From contig CAXMPP010000001.1 of assembly GCA_964195395.1 (NCBI GenBank), positions 1 through 57,847 on the forward strand: a stretch of DNA of 57,847 bases. The letters run 5' to 3'. Shown piece after piece: positions 48,969 through 57,390 of the stretch. Positions within the stretch are counted from its first letter, which is position 1. The number at the start of each line of letters is the position of its first letter. A program made the translations under genes and the position numbers. A model generated the notes under the pieces. It made no database searches, had not been told where the DNA came from, and saw only the letters and a program-made list of their open reading frames with translations. This stretch comes from an uncultured Thermodesulfobacteriota bacterium. GTDB taxonomy: Bacteria; Verrucomicrobiota; Verrucomicrobiia; Verrucomicrobiales; Akkermansiaceae.

Positions 48969-51425
48969 ATGAACAACGACCGCACACCCGAACTTCTCTC
49001 ACCCGCAGGTAACTGGGACTGTGCCCGCGCAGCTGTTGCTAATGGAGCTGACGCCATCTTCTTTGGTTTATCTAAGTTCAACGCCCGCCTTCGCGCAGAC
49101 AACTTCACTGACGAAGACCTACCCGAGCTGATGAACTTTCTTCACGCTCACGGAGTCAAAGGCTTCGTGACGATGAACACCCTCATTTTCACCTCTGAAC
49201 TAGAAGAGGCTGAAGCTCAGCTACGTTTGCTCGAACGCTCTGGGGTCGACGCCATTATCGTTCAAGACCTCGGCCTAGCTATGCTCTGCCGCACCGTGGC
49301 TCCCTCCATCGAGATCCACGCCTCTACCCAGATGACTATCACCTCACCAGAAGGTCTAGAGTTCATCGATTCACTTTACAAACTCGACCGAGCTGTGCTC
49401 TCCCGCGAGCTTTCTCTCGTGGAGATCAACAAATTCAACCCCAGCGAATGCGTCCCACTCGAAGTTTTCGTCCATGGAGCCCTCTGTGTCGCCTACTCAG
49501 GCCAGTGCCTCACCTCCGAATCTCTCGGTCAACGCTCGGCCAATCGTGGTGAGTGCGCTCAAGCATGCCGTATGCCCTACGAGCTCGTAGTCGATGGAGA
49601 AATTCAGGACATGGGAGAAAAACGCTACCTTCTTTCTCCACAAGATCTCGCAGCAGTCGACCTCGTCCCCGACCTCGTCAACCAAGGCGTGGTCTCCTAC
49701 AAGATCGAAGGCCGCCTCAAGACTCCAGAATATGTGGCTGCTGTAACCCGAGTCTACCGCAAAGCGATCGATGACGCCGTCGCCCAGCGCGAATCCACCA
49801 TCACTGACCACGAACGCTATGCGATGGAAATGACTTTCTCTCGCGGACTCTCCACCGGCTGGCTCCCGGGTACAAACCATCCGTATTTGACCCATGGTAA
49901 GTATGGTAAGAAGCGTGGCATCCGCGTCGGCACTGTCGAGAACTGCGGACCTGGCTGGATCGTCTTTAACCAAGAAGGCAGTGTTGGACTCAAAGCTGGT
50001 GACGGCATCGTCTTTGACGCAGGTGAAAACCGCGACCTCGAACAAGGGTCTCGCATCTGGACTGTCGAAGGCACCGTCCTCAACTTCAGCAACAAACATT
50101 GCAGAATCAACTGGGACCGGATCAAACCTGGCATCGAAATATATAAGACTGACGACCCAAAACTCAATTCCGAGGTAAAAGCACTTTGGAAAAACACCAA
50201 GCTCAAACCAGTCAAAAGTGGTCTCCAAATAGCCGTCAGCGGTGCTAAAGGAAAAGCACTCAGCCTCGAGTGCAATGGACTCACTGTCACCACCAGCGAG
50301 CTACTCCAGTCCGCAGAAAACCGCCCACTCACAACCGAGTCACTCACAGCACAACTTGGTAGACTAGGCAACACAGCCTACGAGCTAGGAAACGTTGAGA
50401 ACAATCTCGAAGAAGGTCTGATCATCCCCGTTTCAGCCCTCAACCGAGCTCGAAGAGCTCTGGTCGAAAAGCTCGATCAACACGCGGAAGCTCAGCCGGT
50501 AATCGAGAAAGCGATCTCCAAGCTCACCCTCTCAGACATCATGCCGGCAAAGCCTGATTCTGAGCCAGCGCCCGCAGAACTCTCCACACTCACCCGCCAG
50601 CCCCACCAAATCGAAGCCGCACTTGAAGCTGGAATCAACCGAATCTACGCCGATTTTGAAGACATCCGACGTTATAAAGAAGCGGTCGAAATAGTCCGCA
50701 GCGCAGGTGGTGACGCCACGATCCACCTCGCCACCCCGCGGATTCAAAAGCCGAAAGAAACGGGCTACTTTAAATTTATCGACAAAACTAAGCCCGACGG
50801 AGTCCTGATCCGTAACCTTGGTGCTGTCCGCTATTTCGAAGACCATGACGGCCTATACCGTACAGGTGACTTCTCCCTCAACTGCGCCAACCCAGCGACA
50901 GCTAAAATCCTCAAGGAGCGGGCATCACTCGATCACCTCACTCTCTCCTACGACCTCAATGTCCAGCAACTCATAGACATGCTAGAGCAAGCTCCGAGCG
51001 AGTGGTTTGAACTCACTCTCCACCAACACATGCCGATGTTCCATATGGAGCATTGCGTGTTCTGCACCTTCATGAGCTCGGGTACCAGCTATAAGGACTG
51101 TGGGCGCCCATGCGAGAAACATAAGGTCCAATTGCGCGACCGCGTAGGCCAACTCCACACCTTAGCCGCTGATGTTGGCTGCCGTAACACACTCTTTAAC
51201 GGACGCGCCCAAACTGGAGCACGCTTCTATGATGAAGTCCGCGCCACTGGCCTCAGCCGCTACCGCATCGATTTCCTCGACGAGGACAAGGAATCCACCC
51301 TCCTTACGCTCCAAGCGTACCAGCAACTCATCGAAAAGAAAACCGACGGACACATGCTCTGGCAAGACCTCGGCATCATGGAGAAACTCGGCGTCACTGA
51401 AGGAACGCTTGAGGTTAAATCTTAA
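48969..51425 (+). CDS. U32-family Fe-S protein with DUF3656 (RlhA-like RNA hydroxylase)
   Basis: PELLSPAG, HASTQM, HGALC-AYSGQC, NRGECAQACR, KIEGRLK, L-RLGNT; second Cys cluster near the C-terminus. Confidence 0.92.
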   Translation: MNNDRTPELLSPAGNWDCARAAVANGADAIFFGLSKFNARLRADNFTDEDLPELMNFLHAHGVKGFVTMNTLIFTSELEEAEAQLRLLERSGVDAIIVQDLGLAMLCRTVAPSIEIHASTQMTITSPEGLEFIDSLYKLDRAVLSRELSLVEINKFNPSECVPLEVFVHGALCVAYSGQCLTSESLGQRSANRGECAQACRMPYELVVDGEIQDMGEKRYLLSPQDLAAVDLVPDLVNQGVVSYKIEGRLKTPEYVAAVTRVYRKAIDDAVAQRESTITDHERYAMEMTFSRGLSTGWLPGTNHPYLTHGKYGKKRGIRVGTVENCGPGWIVFNQEGSVGLKAGDGIVFDAGENRDLEQGSRIWTVEGTVLNFSNKHCRINWDRIKPGIEIYKTDDPKLNSEVKALWKNTKLKPVKSGLQIAVSGAKGKALSLECNGLTVTTSELLQSAENRPLTTESLTAQLGRLGNTAYELGNVENNLEEGLIIPVSALNRARRALVEKLDQHAEAQPVIEKAISKLTLSDIMPAKPDSEPAPAELSTLTRQPHQIEAALEAGINRIYADFEDIRRYKEAVEIVRSAGGDATIHLATPRIQKPKETGYFKFIDKTKPDGVLIRNLGAVRYFEDHDGLYRTGDFSLNCANPATAKILKERASLDHLTLSYDLNVQQLIDMLEQAPSEWFELTLHQHMPMFHMEHCVFCTFMSSGTSYKDCGRPCEKHKVQLRDRVGQLHTLAADVGCRNTLFNGRAQTGARFYDEVRATGLSRYRIDFLDEDKESTLLTLQAYQQLIEKKTDGHMLWQDLGIMEKLGVTEGTLEVKS

Positions 51426-51428
51426 AAT

Positions 51429-51467
51429 AAAACCAGCTCTAGCAGTTTCCTGCTAGAGCTGGTTTTT
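51429..51467. terminator. Probably bidirectional intrinsic terminator
   Basis: AAAACCAGCTCTAGCAG-TTTC-CTGCTAGAGCTGGTTTT. Confidence 0.9.
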
Positions 51468-51515
51468 GCACATGCGGTTAGAGAGAACCTCAAACTTCTA
51501 ACCACGAACCCTATT

Positions 51516-51683
51516 TCACAATAGGGTCCAAATCGTCAAAATTGATAATAGCCCAACTGACATCCAAATGAAAACAGCTGCTCTAAAGCACGCCTGTTTT
51601 TGATTTGATTTATCGGAAAGGAGTTCAGCATAGGTGCAGTCCAAGGATTGCTTCTTTTTTTGTCTTTTGGTTTCGGCTATCAT
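51516..51683 (-). CDS. 55-aa single-TM protein (not in ORF track), paralogue of 51813-51995
   Basis: Hand translation: MIAETKRQKKKQSLDCTYAELLSDKSNQKQACFRAAVFIWMSVGLLSILTIWTLL*. Confidence 0.65.
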   Translation of the reverse strand: MIAETKRQKKKQSLDCTYAELLSDKSNQKQACFRAAVFIWMSVGLLSILTIWTLL

Positions 51684-51812
51684 TTCTATGGGGGGATTGG
51701 GGGAAATTGATGCGTACCCACCTGCGAGACCACCAGCTAAGCTAGCAGCCCCGCTTATCGGGGGGGGGAGGCATTTCGGGGGAGAAATATTGAAGTGAAA
51801 AAATAATATTAG

Positions 51813-51995
51813 TTAGTGTGTTAAAAACAACCAGACTAGAAAAACGACGAAGAGCAGGCACACGCCAACGGCGAGAATAACGCCTGAAGCAGAGGAAAAC
51901 TGTTGTCGGTATCGGCTCTCGTCACTGAGAAAATCAGCTAACCGAGGATCAATGAGCCTGTCTTGCTTTACCTTGGAAGATGTATTTTCAAACAT
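51813..51995 (-). CDS. 60-aa single-TM protein
   Basis: From ATG 51995: MFENTSSKVKQDRLIDPRLADFLSDESRYRQQFSSASGVILAVGVCLLFVVFLVWLFLTH*. Confidence 0.65.
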   Translation of the reverse strand: MFENTSSKVKQDRLIDPRLADFLSDESRYRQQFSSASGVILAVGVCLLFVVFLVWLFLTH

Positions 51996-52243
51996 GGGAG
52001 TAATTAGATGAGGTTTTTTCAACCCACGGGGCCAACATTGAAGTTGGCCCCGTAAATCAAATTTGGATTGGGGGGAGTTTCTAGGATGAGTGAGTAAATA
52101 GTTCACCTCAAAGCTATCGACATTTGAAACAAACAAACAAACAACACAGTACTGGGCTGAACTTTAAGTTTCACACATCAATGAGCTTTGAGGATTACTC
52201 TCTACTGATGCGAAGAATAAACGAATGTATCATTTTGTCTATT

Positions 52244-52257
52244 CCCCTAATTGGGGG
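52244..52257. promoter_or_regulatory. Near-palindrome, candidate operator
   Basis: CCCCTAATTGGGGG, 5 bp past the stop codon of the LuxR-type gene. Confidence 0.5.
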
Positions 52258-52262
52258 GGCAT

Positions 52263-53060
52263 CTACCTATTATCACTAGCACGAGTTGCCAGCCCTCCTG
52301 TATAGGTATTTCCAACTAAAAATTTACTCATCAACTGAGCATGCGAACTCACTCCGAAATGCCTGTAAATGTCTTTAATATAGCCAGCAACTGTATTTTG
52401 CGTGAGTCCCATCTCATGACCAATTTGTTTACGCCCCAATCCATCTAACATAAGATTAAGCACAACTCTCTGACGAGGATAGAGCTGAGGGGCTTTGGAA
52501 GTAATTTCATGTGACCACCCGGCCGAATGAAGCCAAGGGATTTCCTTAAAGAGAAGGTGAGCAATCTTAAGCTCTCTAGCATTAAACTGAGCTGCACCGC
52601 TGGCACGATAAACGCCAATAGCGCTCATCGATGATTCATCAACTGGATATCCACTGACAAAAAGCTCACCAATGTCGGCTTGCTCCATGAGATCAGCAAT
52701 TTCACTATTACTAAATAAACCACTCTCATCTAAATCTGTGAGACTATATGTGGAATGCTTTTTCTGACGAGTCACTTCTGCGATCCACGGAGCGACAATT
52801 TTCTCATTATCTGGATGCTCTATGACATTCAATAATTTTGTAAACCTGTTCTCATCAAAACCGCCATGCATAATACCCACATAAACTGGCGGTTCTCCAG
52901 GTTCCCCCCAAGTACCCAGCGACCATAACCAAGCATCAGCATCGACTAGGTCACAAAGGCCATTCATGAGGAAACGCTTTTTATCAGATAATCCACCCTC
53001 CACTGCTGCAGTGTTTCCAAGTAGTCGCACTATGGCGCAAGCATCCAAGTCAGATAACAT
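52263..53060 (-). CDS. LuxR-type HTH regulator with N-terminal GAF-like sensor region
   Basis: C-terminal L-PRQR-VL-L---G---KQI---MGL---TV--Y-K-IY--FGV-S. Confidence 0.9.
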   Translation of the reverse strand: MLSDLDACAIVRLLGNTAAVEGGLSDKKRFLMNGLCDLVDADAWLWSLGTWGEPGEPPVYVGIMHGGFDENRFTKLLNVIEHPDNEKIVAPWIAEVTRQKKHSTYSLTDLDESGLFSNSEIADLMEQADIGELFVSGYPVDESSMSAIGVYRASGAAQFNARELKIAHLLFKEIPWLHSAGWSHEITSKAPQLYPRQRVVLNLMLDGLGRKQIGHEMGLTQNTVAGYIKDIYRHFGVSSHAQLMSKFLVGNTYTGGLATRASDNR

Positions 53061-53241
53061 ATATTGTGGGAGTCCGTCGAAGCTGGGAATGCCGCAACAT
53101 GCACTTCTAACATACTAATCACTCCAAGCAAGATTTGAATTTGTTAGCTCTTACATCTAGGATTTAGATTTCAGTGATTCGGTGTTATTATTCACTTCAC
53201 CTACAGCTCCTCTGCTGCCAACTTCTCCACAAAAAGAAACC

Positions 53242-53997
53242 ATGCGCCTCAAACTCACAATAGCCTACGACGGACGCCCCTATTCAGGCTGGGCCACTCA
53301 GCCTAGTTCACAAACGATCCAAGACAAGTTGCACGCAGCGCTAGCAGCTATTGCGAAACAAGAAGTCAAAATCCAAGGATCTGGGAGGACGGATACTGGC
53401 GTGCATGCTGAGGCGCAAATAGCACACTTTGATAGCCCTAAAAGTATTGAAATGAATCCGTACAATTGGGTTCCAGCTCTCAACACCAAGCTTCCGAAAA
53501 CAATCCGAGTTATGGATTGCGTCGAAGTCCCAGAATATTTTCATGCGCGCTTTTCAGCCAAATCGAAAACCTATAGCTATTTCCTAGCTACCAATCCAGT
53601 GCTCCACCCCATGCTCAATGGTCGAGCTTGGCATTTACCACGATTACTCGATCCAGCCACGCTAGAGCAAGCTCTTCAGCACTACCTTGGCACGCACGAC
53701 TTCAAGGCATTTGCCGCTCTACGTGGTAACGAAACAGCAGAGACTAGCTACACACGCACCATCACCGAAGCTTCACTCACTTCAATCGATGGTGGCTACC
53801 TCATCCGCTTCACCGGCAATGGATTTCTCTATAAAATGGTCCGCCTTTTGACAGGAGCTGCAGTTCAGGCAGCACAAGGTCGACTCAGACTCGATGACCA
53901 CCTCAGTCTACTCGATCAACCTGCTGATCTCCCTAATGGCAAATCCCCCTACTGCGCTCCAGCTGATGGTTTGACACTTGAGTCAGTGCGGTACTAG
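53242..53997 (+). CDS. truA: tRNA pseudouridine(38-40) synthase
   Basis: YDG--Y-GW--Q, GRTDTGVHA, FHARF, GTHDF, GFLYKMVR, APADGL-L. Confidence 0.97.
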   Translation: MRLKLTIAYDGRPYSGWATQPSSQTIQDKLHAALAAIAKQEVKIQGSGRTDTGVHAEAQIAHFDSPKSIEMNPYNWVPALNTKLPKTIRVMDCVEVPEYFHARFSAKSKTYSYFLATNPVLHPMLNGRAWHLPRLLDPATLEQALQHYLGTHDFKAFAALRGNETAETSYTRTITEASLTSIDGGYLIRFTGNGFLYKMVRLLTGAAVQAAQGRLRLDDHLSLLDQPADLPNGKSPYCAPADGLTLESVRY

Positions 53998-54467
53998 CTA
54001 CTATAGCAAGTTCGTGTCAGTAGATCACAGACCTTAAGTAAGTGACACTGATCCACAGCATCAAAATGCGCTAGTTCATCAGAATCTACATCCAACACAG
54101 CTCGCAAATCGCCATTTATGTCCACCACTGGCAAAACGATTTCTGATTGGGTCGCAGTAGAACAAGCGATGTGGTCCGTGACAGCATTCACATCACTGAC
54201 TAACTGTACTTGCTTGGTCCTGGCCGCAGCTCCGCAGACGCCGCGGTCGAAACTGATCTTTAAACAACCATGCCCGCCTTGATACGGCCCAACAGTCAAC
54301 TCTCTTGGTGCTGTCACTCTGTAGAATCCCACCCACTGGAATCCTTCGAATGCATGAAATAGCTCACAGGTAATCGTCGAAAGACAAGCGACCTCATCGC
54401 TCACACCCGCCAGCAACGCCTCGATACGGTTAAACACGTCCTTATATCTTTGCTCCTTGCTGTTCAT
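53994..54467 (-). CDS. GAF-domain protein, free methionine-R-sulfoxide reductase (MsrC) like
   Basis: WVGFY, VGPYQG--GC, GVCG, HIACS, SEIV-P, VLDVDS. Confidence 0.9.
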   Translation of the reverse strand: MNSKEQRYKDVFNRIEALLAGVSDEVACLSTITCELFHAFEGFQWVGFYRVTAPRELTVGPYQGGHGCLKISFDRGVCGAAARTKQVQLVSDVNAVTDHIACSTATQSEIVLPVVDINGDLRAVLDVDSDELAHFDAVDQCHLLKVCDLLTRTCYSS

Positions 54468-54542
54468 CTGACGATGACGCCACAGATGCGATCAATATTC
54501 AACGAAAACCAAAAACCTTGTAAAGCTAAGGTTCTAGAGCAC

Positions 54543-54577
54543 AAAAAAAGCGGCCTCTGTGAAGAGAGCCGCTTTTT
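54543..54577 (-). terminator. Intrinsic terminator after rplX
   Basis: AAAAAGCGGC...GCCGCTTTTT; 7-nt U-tract on the minus strand. Confidence 0.88.
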
Positions 54578-54601
54578 GAAAATCTCGTAGAGAGAGTAGA
54601 A

Positions 54602-54823
54602 TTAATCTACTTTCTTAACGTTAGAGATGTGGATTGTACCGTCAATTTCAACGATGCCACCTTCTTGGTTAGCTTCGGAGGGCTTGATAGCCTTCTTGAT
54701 CTTGCGAACACCTTCAACGATAACGCGCTGCTTAGCTTCATTGATAGAAGTTACAGTGCCTGATTTACCTTTGTGGTTGCCTGCGATGACCTGTACTTTG
54801 TCACCCTTTTTTACGTGTGCCAT
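54602..54823 (-). CDS. rplX: 50S ribosomal protein L24 (short, 73 aa)
   Basis: KKGD-V-VIAG--KG--G KOW motif, VEGV, GGI, IHISNV. Confidence 0.95.
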   Translation of the reverse strand: MAHVKKGDKVQVIAGNHKGKSGTVTSINEAKQRVIVEGVRKIKKAIKPSEANQEGGIVEIDGTIHISNVKKVD

Positions 54824-54843
54824 GATAGTTCAGTTCGTTAGAA

Positions 54844-55209
54844 TTAGAGTACCTCTGGAGCGAGGGATACGATTTTCATGAACTGCTTTTCACGGAGTTC
54901 ACGAGCAACAGGGCCGAAGATACGAGTACCTTTAGGGTTGTTGTCCTTATCAATGATGACAGCAGCATTACCGTCGAAACGAAGCACTGATCCGTCTTTA
55001 CGACGAACAGGTGCAGCGGTACGAACAATAACAGCTTTCACAACTGCTCCCTTCTTAATAGTAGAAGTAGGGATAGCTTCACGAACGTGAGCTGTGATGA
55101 TGTCACCTACGTTAGCAACCTTGGAACGAGTTCCGAGGACACCAATCATTTTAGCAGAGCGTGCGCCAGTGTTGTCGGCGATCGCTACTGAGGATTCCAT
55201 TTGAATCAT
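54844..55209 (-). CDS. rplN: 50S ribosomal protein L14
   Basis: [29 protein letters not shown]. Confidence 0.98.
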   Translation of the reverse strand: MIQMESSVAIADNTGARSAKMIGVLGTRSKVANVGDIITAHVREAIPTSTIKKGAVVKAVIVRTAAPVRRKDGSVLRFDGNAAVIIDKDNNPKGTRIFGPVARELREKQFMKIVSLAPEVL

Positions 55210-55286
55210 AATTTTGTAGTAAGTTAATTTGTTACAGAGATGGAGATCGGCGCCCCGTTGAAGGGACGCCGAATCCTTTGAGTTGA

Positions 55287-55553
55287 CTAGTGAGAGAGAA
55301 CTTCTGTAAGTTCCCAGCACTTAAGCTTAGAGATAGGCTTCGTCTCGGTGATACGCACCTTGTCGCCAACAGCAGCTTTACCAGTTTCGTCGTGAGCGTA
55401 GAATTTCTTCGTGCGCTTAACGATTTTCTTGAAACGTGGGTGCGGAACGCGAGCTACGTATTCTACTACGATAGTCTTGTTCATGCTTGTGGAAACAACA
55501 ACGCCGACGCGGGACTTGCGTAAACCTGGCTTAGTAGTGTTTGATTCGCTCAT
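55287..55553 (-). CDS. rpsQ: 30S ribosomal protein S17
   Basis: GVVVS--M-KT, HP--KK, AHDE, GD-V-I-ET-P-SK-K. Confidence 0.97.
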   Translation of the reverse strand: MSESNTTKPGLRKSRVGVVVSTSMNKTIVVEYVARVPHPRFKKIVKRTKKFYAHDETGKAAVGDKVRITETKPISKLKCWELTEVLSH

Positions 55554-55573
55554 GTTTTTAATCCTTTGTGGGG

Positions 55574-55780
55574 TTATTTAGCAGCCTTAGTACGAAGCTC
55601 AGTGAGAACAGTGTTCACACGTGCGACTTCGCGACGGATTGCTTTGATGCGGGCGGTATTCTCGAGCTGGCCAGTGGCCTGCTGAAGACGGAGTGTAAGG
55701 GCTTCCTGCTTGAGTTCACGGAGACTGGTGCTCAACTCTTGAACGGAAAGCTCGCGGATGTCGCTAATTTTAGTAGACAT
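55574..55780 (-). CDS. rpmC: 50S ribosomal protein L29
   Basis: LR-Q-ATGQL-N, IRR--AR--T. Confidence 0.96.
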   Translation of the reverse strand: MSTKISDIRELSVQELSTSLRELKQEALTLRLQQATGQLENTARIKAIRREVARVNTVLTELRTKAAK

Positions 55781-55814
55781 AGTGTATATTCTATTTCGCG
55801 TTATTTAAGTTCGA

Positions 55815-56237
55815 TTACGAGATGAGCTTGTTACGCTCAACGAAACGGGTGCGGAAACCAAGCTTGTTTGAAGCGAGACGAAGGGCTTCCTTCGCATCAG
55901 CTTCAGGCACACCTGCGATCTCGAAGATCATAGCACCTGGCTTGATTACTGCAACCCAACGGTCAACAGCGCCTTTACCTTTACCCATACGAGTTTCAGC
56001 GGGCTTGGCTGTGACAGATTTGTGAGGGAATACACGGATGTATACTTTTCCCTTACGTTTGAGGAAGCGGTTGATGGAGATACGGCAAGCTTCAATTTGG
56101 CGGTTACTCATCCATGAGCGACCGAGTGATTGAAGACCGAAGTCACCGAAGCTTACTTCTGTTCCACGCTGTGCATTACCACCGCGGTTTCCACGCTGAG
56201 TCTTACGGAACTTCGTCCGTTTTGGCATTAATGGCAT
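55815..56237 (-). CDS. rplP: 50S ribosomal protein L16
   Basis: [23 protein letters not shown]. Confidence 0.98.
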   Translation of the reverse strand: MPLMPKRTKFRKTQRGNRGGNAQRGTEVSFGDFGLQSLGRSWMSNRQIEACRISINRFLKRKGKVYIRVFPHKSVTAKPAETRMGKGKGAVDRWVAVIKPGAMIFEIAGVPEADAKEALRLASNKLGFRTRFVERNKLIS

Positions 56238-56273
56238 AATTCTTTATTCCTAATTGTTATAAGTTAATAGAGA

Positions 56274-56987
56274 TTAGCCCTGACGACGCTCGCGGCGGTC
56301 ACCACCTGGACGGCGACCACGACCACCACGGTCATTGCGGTTATTACCACCAGCTGTTAGCTTTTCTTCCTTCTTGTTGACCCATACTTTGACACCGATG
56401 ATGCCGTATGTTGTTGCTGCTTCAGCGAAACCGTAGTCGATTGGAACACGGAGAGTTTGAAGAGGCACTTTGCCTTCGCGGTACCACTCAGCACGTGCGA
56501 TGTCAGCACCACCTAGACGACCTGCGCAGCGAATACGGATGCCTTCGGCACCGAATTCCATCGCGGTCTGGAGTGAGCGTTTCATTGCGCGGCGGAAAGC
56601 GATACGACGCTCAAGCTGAACGGCGATGTTTTCTGCTACAAGCTGTGCGTCGAGCTCTGGCTTGCGAATCTCGATGATATCGATCTTCACCTGGCAGCCA
56701 CCACAAATCTTTGTGATGTCTGAAGTCATTTTCTCGATCTCTGCACCCTTACGTCCGATCACAAGACCTGGACGAGATGTGTGCATAGTTACACGAACGC
56801 TGTTCCAGGCACGCTCAATAGTGACGCGTGAAAGAGCTGCGAACTGAAGACGACCCTTGATGTACTTACGTATCTTGAGGTCTTCGTGGAGCTTTGTTGA
56901 ATAGTCTTTACCCTTGGCATACCACTTCGAACGCCAGTCTTTACTAACTGCGAGGCGGAATGCGATCGGATTTACTTTTTGTCCCAT
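56274..56987 (-). CDS. rpsC: 30S ribosomal protein S3
   Basis: MGQKVNP, RPG-VIG-KG, GRLGGA-IAR-E, G-VPL-TLR. Confidence 0.98.
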   Translation of the reverse strand: MGQKVNPIAFRLAVSKDWRSKWYAKGKDYSTKLHEDLKIRKYIKGRLQFAALSRVTIERAWNSVRVTMHTSRPGLVIGRKGAEIEKMTSDITKICGGCQVKIDIIEIRKPELDAQLVAENIAVQLERRIAFRRAMKRSLQTAMEFGAEGIRIRCAGRLGGADIARAEWYREGKVPLQTLRVPIDYGFAEAATTYGIIGVKVWVNKKEEKLTAGGNNRNDRGGRGRRPGGDRRERRQG

Positions 56988-57004
56988 AATATTGGTTCTT
57001 TAAG

Positions 57005-57358
57005 TTATTTAGTGGATTCAGCCTCTGCCTTTGGAGCAAGAGTAATGAAGATATGGCTAGTGCGCTTTCGGATAGCACCTGCGGAGCCGCGGGCACGTGG
57101 TTTGAAACGCTTGAATGTTGGGCCTTCACCGACTGTCGCTTCTTTTACGATGAGTTCATCTGCATCGAGTTCGAAGTTATTTTCTGCGTTAGCAATTGCG
57201 GACTTCAGTGTCTTAGCAATGAGAGCGGCTGATTTCTTTGGTGTAAAGTTCAGTGCGTCAAGTGCGGAGGACACAGGAAGACCCTGGATTTCGCGGGCCA
57301 CGTCACGTGCCTTCTTAGCGGAGACGCGAGCGTATTTGTATGTTGATTTTACTTCCAT
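57005..57358 (-). CDS. rplV: 50S ribosomal protein L22
   Basis: S-KK-R-V, SAIANA-NN, GP--KR--PRARG, KRTSHI. Confidence 0.98.
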   Translation of the reverse strand: MEVKSTYKYARVSAKKARDVAREIQGLPVSSALDALNFTPKKSAALIAKTLKSAIANAENNFELDADELIVKEATVGEGPTFKRFKPRARGSAGAIRKRTSHIFITLAPKAEAESTK

Positions 57359-57390
57359 GGATTTGTTTCCGTTGGATGATTGATTCCTGA

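Noticed and set aside
49497-50374. Long antisense ORFs (243 and 185 aa) within the U32 gene, and similar shadow ORFs elsewhere
   Set aside because: Fully overlap well-supported genes, show no motifs, and are expected from codon bias
51996-52136. N-terminal extension of the 107-aa track ORF
   Set aside because: TTG start inside a GTTT repeat, runs through strong RNA stems, and the paralogue aligns only from ATG 51995
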